A stretch of 64,000 bases of DNA from Malacoraja senta (GCA_038087875.1 CM075988.1:9612001-9676000), one strand, 5' to 3'; counted from the stretch's first letter, positions 1 to 12,932 are shown. Notes: generated by a model from the sequence alone, not told the origin. Numbers and translations are program-made.

Positions 1-879
1 TTTCATAAATATGATTACATCCCCAACCTTGGAAGCATCTTGAGAAAAGATGCAATGAAGGTCGCATGTTACAGCTGAGTAGCAGCTCAACAATAATAGC
101 TTCAGCAAGCGTTTCAATGTGTGTACAATCGATAATTAGAATATGATTTGAGACAAAGCTGGTACCAGCGATAAACATGCTTCTCATAAATAATGCTGCT
201 ATTGTATGAGAGCTTTCTGTTTTAATTTCCTCGGGGCAAATTGATCAGTGGTGACTTCTGTCGATGGTGGGTGCTCTGACACAATTGGAGAGGAGAGGTA
301 CAAACAGCTGGAGTGGCGGCAGTGCAAGGTGAGAGGTTAGCTTGTGAATCAATATTAATTTTACTGCCATGTCACAGGATGGCTACGGCAATAATTTTCT
401 GTATAAGTAGATTATGCTTTTAATGATTTTTGCCCGTGCATTCCCTGTAATTGCTGCTTGAAGTGTAATGCTCCTCTCAAAGCTATTGGATGTTGTTCCA
501 GGCTTGCTCTAAGCAAATCAATTGCATTTGTTTATAAAATCTTAAGCAGAAATGAAAAGATGTGGATGAGTGCACAGATTATTGGAGTTCTGGTTGGTAA
601 TTTATTTGATGTATTGTAAATCTTCTTGCACCTTTTGATATGGTGCTGGCCCTTGGGTTTCAAGTCCCTTGGGCAACTGATGATAGCCAAGTTTGCAATA
701 TAATGTGACTGGCCTATAAACAATACAAAAGTTATTAGGATTCCATCTCGTGGTCTCCAACAGAAGTGCTTAGTTGCAATTACATTTCTATAATAATTAT
801 TTGGGGGGGGATCTTGGCATAATCAATATTTATTGTCCATCCTAAACTTCCATGCGCAGACAATTGTTCTTGTGGTAAA

Positions 880-1206
880 TGCACAGGGTCTTTTACCCAG
901 AGTAGGGAAATCTAGAACCAGGAGAAGGAGGTTTAAGGTGAGAGGGGAAAATGTAATAGGAACTTGAGGAGCAACTTTTTCACACAGAGAGTGATGGGTA
1001 TATTGAACAAGATGCCAGAGGAGGCAGTGGATGCAAGTACTATAGCAACATTTAAAAGACATTTGGACAGGTTCACGAACATGAAAGATTTAGGCATATG
1101 GGCCAAATCAGAGCCAAATGGAACTAGTGTAGATGGGGGCATCTTGGTTGGTATGGACAAGTTGCGCTGAAGGGCTCTTCCTGTGTTAATGGAACCTATG
1201 ACTCTA
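880..1206 (+). mobile_element. CR1 LINE 3' fragment
   Basis: Translates to the CR1 ORF2 C-terminus (RSNFFTQRVMGILNKMPEEAVDASTIATFKRHLDR), followed by a 3'UTR and a (ctatga) tail. Confidence 0.85.
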
Positions 1207-1527
1207 TCATATACTGGAGACAAATATGCCATTTAAAAAAAGTTCATGGTATATTGACATGTAACAATAATTACATGTAACAACACCTTGCTATTGCATC
1301 AATGTGCTGAGGCCAGGAGAGTACTTCACATATATGCACACCCAGGAGTTTGAAACTGTTGAATTTTTCCCACTGCCTTCCAATCATCTAAGACAAGTTT
1401 GTGGATCCCCAGCTTTCCCTTTCGGAAGTCCACAGTCGTCTCCAAGGTCCTGCTAATATTGAGAGCAAGATTAGTGTTCTGAAACCAATCACATTTTTAA
1501 CAACTTTGAAACTTGACAAGGCAGTGT

Positions 1528-2463
1528 TCTCTCACCCTGGCTATTTTCCCTTTACACAAACCAGCTCACATCCCACCACAGCTCCGTCAACCTGTACAAG
1601 TACGCGGACGACTCAACCATCATAGGATTCATCACCAACAACCAAGAAACTGAATACCGTGCACAGGTCAACCAAGCAGTGACCTGGTGCACAGACCATG
1701 ACCTCTTACTCAATTAATCAAAAACAAAAGAACTTATCATCGACCCAAGGCGCCAGCCATCCCCCAAAACTCCTGTGCTCATTAATGATGAATCCATCTC
1801 CATCACTGACACATTCAAACTCCTTGGAACCCACATCAGCAACAACCTCAAATGGAGGACAAACGCAGACCACATTTATGGGAAAGCCCAGCAAAGACTT
1901 TTCCATCTCCGACAGCTAAGGAAGTTCAGAGTAAGATCTCATCTCATGCTCTGCTTCTATACAGCCATCGTTGAAAGCATCCTCACTTCATCCATCACAG
2001 TCTGGTTCGGCAGTCTCGACTCACTCTCCCGGAATCATCATCGCATCAAGCGCATCATCAACAGAGCATCAAAAATTATTGGCTTACCCCTACCATCCCT
2101 TGAATCACTTTATCACAAACGGTCACTGCACAGAGCCCGCAAGATCATCTCTGATCGTACCCACCCTGCACACTATGCCTTTCAGCTACTGCCCTCTGGG
2201 AGGCGTTACAGGTCAATTGCCTCCAAAACAAGCCGCCTCAAAAACAGTTTCATTCCCACTGCAATTAACATTTTAAACTCTGTACGGTGGGGAATAAGAA
2301 TAAGCATGGCACTTATGTATTATGTAATGTGTCTGTCTGTATGTACATCTATGTTATAAGTTTAATGTTGATGAAATGTTGGAACCTGTACCGAGCTGTA
2401 CTGATAACAAATTCCACCAGCCTGGCTGTGTGGTCATTAAAATATACAATACAATACAATACA
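1528..2463 (+). mobile_element. Rex1/Babar-like LINE, 3' part of RT ORF (frameshifted) plus tail
   Basis: LSPWLFSLYTN...YKYADD (YADD at 1601-1612), FKLLGTHIS, KAQQRLFHLRQLRKF, LLPSGRRYRS...RLKNSF; (aatac)n tail at about 2443-2463. Confidence 0.85.
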
Positions 2464-2639
2464 AGATGGCACTAAAACCCTGTCTACTGCCTCAATGTAA
2501 TCTGCTATTCTTACACTCTTGCAATCAAGTATGATTGTGGGTTATGTATGGCAAGAATGTTATTGAACTTCATGCAAAAAGGAATCTCACTGTATTTAGG
2601 TGCTTGTGACAATAAAGTTATATTAAACCATTCAAATAG

Positions 2640-2890
2640 ATTATCAATCTCCCTCCTGTACTCTGACATCATTAGTGACTATTCCTCCAATAACGATGGT
2701 ATCGGCAGCAAATTTAAAGATAGTGTCGGAAGTGCGTCCGGCTACACAGTCATGAGTTTTGAGTAGAGCAGGAGCCTGAGCAGACAGCCGACAGGTGCTC
2801 CAGTGTTGATGGTTATCAATGAGGAAGCGTTGTTGCCAATTCATACTGACTGTGGTCTGTCGATGATTAAGTCAAGGATCCAATTGTATG
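2640..2890 (-). mobile_element. Rex1/Babar-like RT fragment
   Basis: Minus-strand translation contains THDCVA...IFKFAADTIVIG, resembling the RT catalytic region. Confidence 0.65.
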
Positions 2891-3324
2891 GCTGCTGCTG
2901 TGACAAAATCCTGCGGGAGGTGTTTCCTTTCAAACAATTGATACATAGATTCCAACCTGGGAAACAATAAAATTGATAATAAATATTTTAGTTTAATTTC
3001 CTAACTGGTTGAATTTGAACTGGGGTGGTAACCCTGACACTGCATTGAAACTCAAACATCTGATCAATAAGAGAAAACTACAACTCATGTTTGCTTTTAA
3101 CTCTTGCTTGTTACCCAGCGATTTCTGGGTAACTTTGATTCTTCACCATATAAATTAAACAGTTCAGTGAGGTGGTATTTAATTCACCAGCCTTTCCTTT
3201 GCATGATGTTCTTGTTATACGACTGAGGTGCATGGGCCAGATACTCAAATAATTGGAGTTAAGTTTATTTCAATTGATCATTAACTTTGTTACCTATTAC
3301 TTTTCTCCAGAGTCACATCCCTTT

Positions 3325-3430
3325 CCCCTGAATGTCGGTATGAAGAAGGGTCTCGACACAAAATGTCACCTGTTTCTTTTCTCCAAAGATGCTGCCTGAC
3401 CCACTGAGTTACTCCAGCTTCTTGTGTATA
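3325..3430 (+). mobile_element. Penelope-type short repeat with hammerhead-like motif
   Basis: ggtatgaagaagggtctcgacacaaaatgtcacc...gatgctgcctgacccactgagttactccagc; the same family recurs about 12 times in the window. Confidence 0.65.
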
Positions 3431-3721
3431 TTAACATTTAACAGATTATACTTCTGAATTAAAACAGAAGTCAGCAACACAGATAAATCCTGGTTCCGTG
3501 AAGATTGAACAATTTCTAAACAAAGAGATTAAATGAGCTGGATTGATAAACTGCATTAAGCTGCATCGAAGAACCAGGGAGGTTGATTCAAGTGCAAGGC
3601 CAGTTGGAATTGAATATGTCAGGGATAGATACGAGGTTCAGAAACTACAGGGCTGGGGACAAAGTAAACCACACGATTCCGTCTCCTCCTCAGACACCAC
3701 TCTGCTGATGCTTGCTGCATT

Positions 3722-3875
3722 ACATAGAAACATGGAAACATTGAAACATAGAAACATAGAAAATAGGTGCAGGATTAGACCATTCGGCCCTTCGAGCCAG
3801 GACCGCCATTCAATATGATCATGGCTGATCATCCAAAATCAGTGTGGCAGAGAATTCCACCGATTCACAGCTCTC
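3722..3875 (-). mobile_element. Short CR1 3' fragment
   Basis: (catagaaa)n tail and CR1 3'UTR in reverse orientation. Confidence 0.7.
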
Positions 3876-5384
3876 TGATCTCAGCACATTGCATTGAGAA
3901 GCATCCTTGCTCATTCACAAAGCGTTTCACGGTGGCCTCTCAGCTGTGCTGTTATCTTGTGCATTGTCAACTTGCCTGAAATTGAGTGCTTTTTCGACAC
4001 CATCTGCTTTTCCATGTTTTGCAGATTGGCACAATTAAACTCAGATCAAAAGTTTTATTTTGGAGACAAAAAATAATGCAAAGAGATAGATGCATTAAAT
4101 AGTTTGTGGAAGTCAAGGATGCCAACATTGTATTTCAAAGAAAAGGGGCAGATGGTTGTTGGAGGTTATACAGCCACACTTCTCTCCACTTCTCTCTTCC
4201 TTCCTTTTCATCCTCCTCATCTCACGACTTCCTTCTGCCTCCATTGTTTTCACCTCCTTATCATCATACCCTTGCCTAACCGCCTGCCTGTAACGATTAT
4301 TGTGGGTGAAGTTTGTCTTTTGCTGAAGAATCATGCAGATATTACAGACAGATGTCCACATTGGAGCACTGCAAGTTAGGTTTAATTTGAAAAAATCTAA
4401 ATTGCAAGCCGTAGCACTGCAAAATGTTGTATCTGCCCAGTGTTGGATTGCCAAGATTTTATTCTGATGATATTGGACAGGTTGTTGGCTGTGCTTGTTG
4501 CTGGCTGGGCTTATTGTGGGTAGAAGCTAAAATAAGTCTAATCACACAACAATAGATCCCAGACATAGCACAAACTCAAAGAACCAATCTCTTCTGTAAC
4601 CATGAATTATTGTATGCAATCTTCTTAAATAAACACAAAAGGGAAAAAGTATAGAAAATACAACACAGAGTTGCTAGTTACTTCTTCTTAAAATCTGACC
4701 TTTAACGTCTGCACTGCAGGTCTTTCTAAATGAGTGGAGAAAAGCTTGCAAAATCCTTATTGTTCACATCTTCCTCTCAAATATAAACTTGCCACCTCCC
4801 CCAAATCAGGAAACAACACACATTTATCCAGACTGTAAACTAAGACCACTAAGCCTCTATCCTGGCTTTAATTTGACCAACACGCTGCCTCACAATGTGG
4901 AACTACATTCTGCTTTCTTTGTTGTCACACCTACGATAGAGGGCAGAGTCAGGCATGGAGTGCTACAGAGGAAAGGCTCATAAAACATTCTTCAAAAGGA
5001 AATAAACAACAATAGCAACGCTGCTATAGTTCATCTTCAAAAGCCACCGTCCCATTCAGAATCAGCTCTATCTAGCAATCCCTACATGCGTGATTCTCTA
5101 ACAAGAGTAAAATCTATGTGTGAAGCTAAGACAGGATGGTGTATCAAAGAACCTCTCAGCTCATTGTCCTTCTAACAGCTCCTTAAAGGAGTTCTTTGAA
5201 ATACCAATTAATGCCATTGAGTCACCAGTCGCTCTCATTGGGCCCTGGTGTCTGGCTGGGTCCTAGTGTCCAGGTACTTTTTCCTGGCATCATGACTCTC
5301 AGGAGGCACAAGAGGCTGCAGATACAGAATCTGAGGGAAAGACAGAGAGCAGCTGAAGGAGCACAATGGTTCAGGCAGCATCAG

Positions 5385-5850
5385 GTTTACAAGAATTATC
5401 CCAGGAATGAGTGGGTTAACATATGATGAGCGTTTGACGGCACTGGCCCTGTTTAGAAGAATGAGGGGGACATCATTGAAACGTACAGGGTAGTGAAAGG
5501 CTTGGATCGTGCATGTGGAAAGGATGTTTCCACTAGTGGGAGATGCAAGGACTAGAGGTCATAGCCTCAGAATTAAAGGACGTTTCTTTAGGAAGGAGAT
5601 GAGGAGGAATTTCTTTAGTCAGAGGGTGGTGAGTCTATGGAAATGTTTGCCACCGAAAGTTGTGGAGGCCAGGTCAGTGCATATTTTTAAGGCAGAGATA
5701 GATAGATTCTTGATTAGTACGGGTATCTGGGGTTATGGGAGAAGGCAGGAGAATGGGGTTAGGAGGGAGAGATAGATCAGCCATGATTGAATGGCAGAGT
5801 AGACTCGATGGGCCGAATGGCCTAATTCTGCTCCTATCACTTATGACCTT
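5385..5850 (+). mobile_element. CR1 LINE 3' fragment
   Basis: ERMFPLVGDARTRGHSLRIKGRFFRKEMRRNFFSQRVVSLW; 3'UTR ending ttatgacc. Confidence 0.9.
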
Positions 5851-6288
5851 AAGATCTGAGGAGGGAAATGGACAGACGATGTTAAAGGTCGAGACCCTTC
5901 ATCTGGACTGAAAGAGTACAGGGAAGGTAGCCAGTACAAAGAGGTGGGAGTGAACGATGGGGTAAGAGCTCCAACACTGTTACACTACAATCTGTGCCAT
6001 CTAAAGAATTAGGGATGGACATTAAATGCAGGTCTTGAAAGTAATGGCTAAACCGTGAAAAATCAATATATGGAGTCCAACGAAAATTTGGTCATTATTG
6101 CATGGAAATAACAAAAACAATTTTGCCTTCACAAACACAATGGGCCAAAATATTCTTCTTCCGACGCAGTGCCATTCTGTGATTTCTTACGACAAAACTT
6201 TCGGATGCGTTGAAATTATCCTAAACATCTCACAATTTTATTATCGCCATTGATCAGCTCAACTGGCCACAAAGAAACATCAATACCA

Positions 6289-6600
6289 TGGGGCAGTAGG
6301 GTGTCGCAGTGGTAGAGTTGCTGCCTTACAGCACCAGATACCCGGTTTCGAACCTGACTATGGGTGCTTGTCTGAACAGAGTTTATATGTTCCTGCCGCA
6401 TGGGTTTTCTCCGGGTGCTCTGGTTTCCTCCCACAGTCCAAAGACATACAGGTTTGTAGGTTGATTGGCTTTGGTAAAGATTTATAATTGTTCCGCGTGT
6501 GCAGGATAATGCAAGTGTACAGGATGATTGCTGGTCGGTGTGGACTCAGTGGGTCGTAGGGCTTGTTTCCACACTGTACTGTATCTCTAACTAAACTGAA
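6289..6600 (+). mobile_element. tRNA-derived SINE (HE1-like)
   Basis: A-box-like gtcgcagtggtag, B-box-like ggtttcgaacc, core gggttttctccgggtgctctggtttcctccca, CR1-like tail ending in (ctaaa) repeats. Confidence 0.85.
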
Positions 6601-6761
6601 CATCATTTTACCCAGGAAATATTTCAAGCTAGAGTTACACTGGGAATCCTCCTAACATGCAATAACACATCAGTCACACATCAGAGGAGGTGGACAATTG
6701 CTGCTGGCAGTCGTTATACACCGATTGTAAAATAGCAGTGCAGGAGCAGTCACCATGTGTA

Positions 6762-7092
6762 CAAAACCATGAGAGGAATAGATCAGGTAAACGCACAATG
6801 CCTCTTGCCCAGAGGAGATAGATTTAAAGTGTGGGGAAAAAGATTTAATAGGAACCTGAGGGGTAACATTTTCACATAAAGGGTGGTGGGTGTATGGAAC
6901 GAGCTGCCAGAGGAAGCGGTTGAGGGAGGTGCAATCACAATGTTTAAGAAACATTTGGACGGGTCATGGATAGGACAGGTTTAGAGGGAAATGGGCCAAA
7001 TGCAGGCAGGTTGGACTAATGTAGATGGAAAATGTTGGCCGGTGTGAGCAAGTTGGGCCGAAGGGCCTGTAAGAATCAATGACTCTATGACC
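6762..7092 (+). mobile_element. CR1 LINE 3' fragment
   Basis: Same ORF2 end and 3'UTR as 880-1206; (gactctat) tail. Confidence 0.85.
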
Positions 7093-7721
7093 ATGTTTAG
7101 TGGATAAGATGGGAAATTATAATGGTTCTTGACAATATAGATGCATCCATCCCCTGCACCCCCATCCCTATTGAGTTAGCAGTGGAAAGAAGCCTGGGAA
7201 TATAGCGCCCAGCGCAAGTGACCTGGTCCAAATGCCACATAACCACTCAATGCAAATTCCACCTGTCAACATTTGCACACAACGTTCACACAATCAGCAC
7301 AACTCCACACGCAAACACTTGGACATAAATTGACAGCAAACAGCTTTGCTTCCATTTCATATGATCACTTTGAAATACATTAACCTTCTCCCTTATAAGA
7401 GAAGGAAGCTCGAAAATGCCAGCTGCAAAAGCAGTTTGGAGGGATTCCATTGTAAGCCCACAGAGGTTAATTATTTGCAGTAGAAAGTGGAGCACAACAC
7501 AATTGGTCTGGTGCAGGGAATCCAGGCACTGACTCAATCCACCAGGGTGATTCTGGTTGGATATATTAGAACATATGTTATGTATCCTTTTTTTTGTTCC
7601 AAGTTTCATTGTTCATGTAGAAAGGGTTACAAAGATCAGTAATGAAGGATGATAATGTTAATACTATCACTATGGTGATTTTGATCTCTCTTTATTCAAT
7701 GGGTAGATTCATTGATTTCTA

Positions 7722-7935
7722 GAGCTATTCAGCACAGAAACAGTCCAACCAAGATATTTGGCTACACGAATCCCATTTGCCTGGTTTTGACCAATATCCT
7801 ATAAAACCTTTCCAATCCATGTACCTGTCCAAATGTCTTTTGAATGTTACAATTGTACCTGTCTTTTCCATCTCTTCTGGAAGCTCGTTCCATGTACCTT
7901 CCACCTTCTGTGTGAAAATCTTGCCCCTCAGATCC
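7722..7935 (-). mobile_element. CR1 LINE 3' fragment
   Basis: DLRGKIFTQKVEGTWNELPEE...TFKRHLDRYMD on the minus strand. Confidence 0.8.
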
Positions 7936-8319
7936 CCTTCATTAGAAGGAAAGCTTTTGCTTGTACTAAGTACCATTGAAAGTGAGAGGAGCTACTTTAT
8001 GGACTGGCTACGGATATTTTAGTGAAGGTTCTCTGATGTTTTTCTCACTCGTAAATGCTTGAGGATTCAAAGAAACAAACAATATTGCCAAATGTGGATG
8101 CATGAACTGAAACCTGTTAAAGGACCCATGCCTTTATTCTGCCTCAACAGGTTATGACTTCTTCCTGCTAATGGGCAGGAATGAAGAAGACTGTGAAATG
8201 AAATGCGACTGCGGTGAAAGATTAGATTAGGTCCCACAGCGGTAATGAAACAGGGCCTTTGTTCTGAATGTGAGACAATGTTCCATGCTCTCAGGGCTGC
8301 AGTTATAGAAGACTGTGCA

Positions 8320-9222
8320 TGGTCGGTGGGGGCGCTGCAAGCCGGCAGCCCTGTCAGTAGCGTGTTAGTCTTTTCAACTTTGTAAATTTTTTTAGTGTGT
8401 TTTAAAGTATGTTTTAAATGTTTCTTTGTGTGTCTTGTGTGGGGGGTGGTGTGGGAGGGTGAGGGGGAAACCGTTTTGGTCGCCTCCTCCACGGAGAGGC
8501 GACTTTTCCCAGGTCGCCTCCCCGTGGCCTAACAACAAGGATCGGGCGGCCTTTCCCGGAGACGCGCCCGGGGCTTCAGCGGCGAGCGCAGCGCGGACTT
8601 TCGCCGTGGAACGGGCGAGCCCTCGCTGGGGCTCGCCGGAGGGGAGCGCTCCATGTCGCAGGCCCGCGGCAGCCGGCAGCCTGAGGCCTGGGTCTGCAGA
8701 GCTCAGGCCGGGGCGACGTCCGCAGCCTGGGATCCCTCGATGGGGGACCCGGGGAGAAGAAGAAGCTACGACTGCCGGCCCGGCGTGGACTTACCATCCG
8801 GAGCGGGGTCCCTCGCCGGGGACCCCTGGAGGGGAGCTTCGACTGCCGGCCCTGCGGTCTGTGGTGCTTCTGGCTGCAGCGCGGTGGGAACTTTAAATCT
8901 TCGACCGCCAGCCTGCGGCCTACACCAACCTGAAGCCGCGGTCTCCGGTGGGGAACAGCCGATTCTGGACCTACCTGGACTCTTACCTGTCTGTACAGCT
9001 GGACGCCCGCAGCGGCGGCTGCGGAGGGTTGAGGTCCCGACCACGGGGGAAAATGGAGGAGGACTGGCCAAATTTTGTGCCTTCCTCCACAGTGATGAAT
9101 GCTGTGGTGGATGTTTGTGTTACATTTTTCGTGTGTTTTTGTGTGTTCTTTATCATTGTACCGCTGCTGGCAAATTCATTTCACTTGCACTTTATGTGCA
9201 ATGTGACGAATAAAACTGATTG
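8320..9222 (+). mobile_element. GC-rich non-autonomous retroelement with LINE-type 3' tail
   Basis: CpG-rich body; 5' and sub-3' blocks shared with 36750-37520 and 58972-59705; ends gtgacgaataaaactgattgat. Confidence 0.6.
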
Positions 9223-9289
9223 ATAGAGGAATTTGCTTATCCTTTGGGGACTATTGAAAATTCATCCTGCAATCCAGACAAATCGTGCA

Positions 9290-9447
9290 CTAAACATTAC
9301 GCACATTATCCCTTTACATTGTACATGTACACTGTGCATGGCCTCGTTGTAATCATGTGTTGTCTTTCTGCTAACTGGTTAGCTCGCAACAAAAGCTTTT
9401 CACTGTACCTTGGTACCCATGACAATAAACTAAACTAAATTAAACTA
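9290..9447 (+). mobile_element. Rex1/L2-type LINE 3'UTR tail
   Basis: aaagcttttcactgtaccttggtacccatgacaataaactaaact, also present at about 58585-58640. Confidence 0.7.
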
Positions 9448-10189
9448 GAATCTTTGCTTCCTCTACTCATGTGTGTTCCTATTAACAGTGATAACCTCTG
9501 GAAAATTCGTCCATCCACTGTAATCAAGTGTTTGGTTTATGTACATCACCGGTCAATGTTGATCTCCAGAATGATAATGATAGGCAAAAGTGACAATGAT
9601 AGGCAAAAGTGTAAAACCTTGTTAAAAGTAGAAAAAACAGGTAAGCCTTTCACACCATGCGGTCATTGCCAATGTTGAGGGCAGTATGATGGCAACATGA
9701 TGCATGATTTTGCTGCCTTCATGTATCGACTGTTTATGGCTTATTGCTTTAACCTGGAGCAGGTAGAGCAAGATTCTAAAGCGAATAATACATATCTGTT
9801 TCGCACAGCCAGAGAATGCATCTTGCCTTCTTCCTCCATTCTTTTCTCCTCCTCCTCCTATTGATGACCATTTTATGCACAATTAGCAATGAATGAGGAA
9901 ACGCACAAGAGGGAATGCTTGATAATCCAGACAATGGAATCTCTTGAGAATCCCAATGAGGCACCACACCAAGCCATGAGTTGCCATCTGGTTGAAATGT
10001 TCTCAGCGGCGTGCCCAAGAACCCGAATTAGATTGAGGAGCCAAGAATGAACATTTGTCCAAACACAAACATGATGAACACTACTTCAAGATGAGACAGT
10101 AATGTGAAAGCATGGATATTTTTATTGATGGTCGCACACCATTTGTGCATTCATGGAAGATCCTTTGTGGTTCATGAAGATCCCTTGTT

Positions 10190-10322
10190 TCAGTCTGAAG
10201 AAGGATCCCGACCAGAAACGTCACCTATCCATGGCCTCCAAAGGAGGTGCCTCACCATTGAGTTACTCCAGCACTTTTTGTTTTACTCAAGATTCCAGCA
10301 TCTGCAGATCCATGTGTCTCCT
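10190..10322 (+). mobile_element. Penelope-type short repeat with hammerhead-like motif
   Basis: CTGAAGA at 10195-10201 and GAAACGTC at 10215-10222, followed by the family body gagttactccagcact. Confidence 0.65.
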
Positions 10323-10819
10323 TGTTTCACATGTAAGGTATCACGAACACAGTGTATCAGCACCCGAACCTCCAGGAGATCTGGCAAAGCTGCCGGCCAT
10401 AATCACTGGAGGTATTGAATTTGCTGGAACAGATACCAAGGAGAGGCAAATTGTTTGCAGCAGAATTTGGCTGCAAACAAGAGTCTGGAGTATTTTTCAA
10501 TTGCAGTTGTTTGGAATGACATGAATGACATGACGTTCTGACTGAGAGCGAACTTCAGCTTGATGAGCTGAGCGATGTGGCTGCTTGAACAAGTGGCTGG
10601 AGCACTGCCCATGGAAGGCAACTGGTCCCCACGAGTGTTCATCAGCTCATAAGCTCTTACCCCATCATAAGCTCTTGCCAGCTGCATCCACCTATTGCTT
10701 GCTAGCTCTAATCCCATCCTTCACTCCCATCTCTTTATACTGGCTACGTTCCCTCTACTCTTCCAGTCCAGATCAAGGGTCTCAACCTTTGACATCGGCT
10801 GTCCATTTCCCTCCACAAA

Positions 10820-10950
10820 TCATAAGGTCATAAGGTCTTAAGTGACAGGAGCAGAATTAGGCCATTTGGGCCATCAAGTCTATTCCACCATTCAATCATG
10901 GCTGATCTATCTTTCCCTCTCAACCCCATTCTCGTGACTTCTCCCCATAA
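10820..10950 (-). mobile_element. CR1 3'UTR fragment
   Basis: (cataaggt) tail; reverse complement of the 3'UTR at 5735-5850. Confidence 0.8.
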
Positions 10951-11049
10951 ATTGTGAGGTGGCTGTCTGGATTTGCAACAGACTCGTCACCAGAAAGAAG
11001 CTGCTTAGTTCTTCAAAATGGCGTGCTGCGCTGTTTCAATTTATGGGCT

Positions 11050-11126
11050 GTGGCGGGTGTGGGGGGGGGATGTGGGGGGGGGGGTGTGGGGGGTATGTGG
11101 GGGGTGGGAAGGGGGGGTGGGGGGTG
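11050..11126. repeat. G-rich low-complexity tract
   Basis: Multiple runs of G4-G11 separated by t/gt. Confidence 0.85.
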
Positions 11127-11611
11127 TTTATTGTTAGCAGCCTACGAACACTGAAACATGAGGATTAATTTTCGCCACCTCCTTAAGCTGGCAAAGCTGC
11201 CTTGTGGATTGGAAATGTAATTTGGTCAAATTTATGCATGGTATGCATTCCGAATTCCGTGGGTGTCAACACTGGCAGCATAAAGCCGGGATAAAACACT
11301 GAGATTGACATAAAAAGTATTCAGTTCCCATTTGGCATTCTGACCAAAAAAAAAACAGTTTTATTTCAGGGAAGTAAGAGGTGGATTCTGTCTTTAGTTT
11401 GCAGGCAGCATCTTGTATGGATTATAATTGAGCTCAATATGTTGAAAAGTCAAGGATGATGAATCTTTTCAATTATCATATCCACAATGCTTTTTATTAT
11501 CTGCATATGCAGTCAGATTTCCTACACTCAAGCAGTATGCACCGTTAAACCCTTGTAGATTGGAGTCCTGACTTCATCAGATAACTAATCTCATCTGGCA
11601 GCCCAGAGAAT

Positions 11612-11782
11612 TCTTCATTCTGAGTCAGAAGGTCATGGGTTCAAGAGACCAGAGATACAAATCCAGGCTGACAACTGTGTAATAGTGCTGCTCCACTAAA
11701 TGTAGTCTTTCTGATAAGCCATTAAACCAAGGCCTCATATCGCCCCTATTTCAGACTTATATGAAAGATCCCATGGCACTTT
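11612..11782 (+). mobile_element. Old Deu-domain SINE (SacSINE1/AmnSINE1-like)
   Basis: tctgagtcagaaggtcatgggttcaag head, then ttaaaccaaggcc...aaagatcccatggcact, matching my recollection of the DeuSINE core. Confidence 0.65.
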
Positions 11783-12093
11783 TGTTTAGTTTAGAGATTT
11801 AGTGTGGAAACCGGTTCTTCGGTCCACTGAGGTGACCAAAGATCATCCATTCACAAGTTCTATGCTATTCCAGTTTCACACCCTACGTACCAGGGACAAT
11901 TTTACAGAAGCCAATTAACCTACAAACCTGCATGCCTTTGGAATGCGGGATGAAACTGGAGTACCCAGAAAAAAACCCTGTGGTCACAGGGAGAACGTAC
12001 AAACTCCATACAGATAGCACCCGTAGTCACGGTTGAACCCGGGTCATGATGCTGTAAGGCAGCAACTCTACTGCTGCGCCACTGTGCCACCCC
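11783..12093 (-). mobile_element. tRNA-derived SINE (HE1-like)
   Basis: Full-length reverse complement of the family at 6289-6600. Confidence 0.85.
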
Positions 12094-12340
12094 CTAATTC
12101 TATTCAAAGGGCCCACAATTATGCCGCAACCAGTATTTGTAGCTCAACAAATGCCACAACAAATAGTATATCAGTTCATTGTAACCTTGCAGCTTGTTGC
12201 TATGTGCAAATTGGATGGTGGGTCTCCGTTATTATAAAAGTGATAACAATCCAACAGAACAGACTGCAGATATTGGGAATGCAACAGAAGTTTGAAAACA
12301 TTACGCCCCAAACAAATCATCTTTATATTTAAAAGTATAA

Positions 12341-12932
12341 AGGCTCTGTCTCACAGTGTTGCGGTCATCGGCGGTGAAGCGCGGTGAAGCGCGGCTTCGC
12401 CTGTAGAGGGGACCGCACGGCAACAGCGAGAGCGCCGAGCCTATGCCGCGGGAGCACCGCACGGATGCTGCGCGGGGGCCGAGTGATTTAAGTACGGCTG
12501 GTCCCACGAGCTTGCGGTAAGTAAAAAAAAAGGGCGGGCCGACTGCGATGACGTCATTTCAGATCTGCGGGGCTGTGGCGGCGGCCGTGCTGATCGCGGC
12601 GTTGTGGCGGCGGCTGTGGTGGCGGCCGTGCCACACACGTGCCTCACTGGCAGAGGCTGTGGCGGTGAAGGTTCTACTCGCGGCGCTCGTGCCACACTGG
12701 CGCCGGCTGTGGCGGCGGCCGTGCCGCACTCGTGCATTACTGGCGCCGGCTGTGCGGTAGGAACATATTTTTGAACAGTGTTGGGGGGTTTTTAGCGCCG
12801 TGCGGTGTTGGGAACAACGCCGCACGGCCCCGGAATTGTGTGTTTGACCGAGCCCGCGGTGTCTGGTGGCCCAGGAGCGGTAGATAGTTCCTGTTTCGCC
12901 GCCAATGACCGCAGACTCGTGTGACAGGCCTT
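12341..12932. mobile_element. PIF/Harbinger-like MITE, copy 1
   Basis: Imperfect TIRs of about 38 bp (AGGCTCTGTCTCAC..TGCGGTCATCGGCGG / CCGCCAATGACCGCA..GTGTGACAGGCCTT); TAA on both sides; empty-site equivalent visible at about 13620-13640. Confidence 0.8.

Noticed and set aside
249..328. Possible exon ending AAG|gtgaga
   Set aside because: Weak acceptor, unrecognised peptide and no supporting neighbouring exons
4160..4300. Possible very old RTE-like fragment on the minus strand (similarly 10400-10720)
   Set aside because: Resemblance too weak to call without a profile search
6289..6365. tRNA gene suggested by A/B boxes (also in the other SINE heads)
   Set aside because: No cloverleaf, and the sequence continues into SINE body and tail
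8426..9213. 156-aa and 186-aa ORFs
   Set aside because: GC-rich repeat with no recognisable domain; open frames are expected from composition
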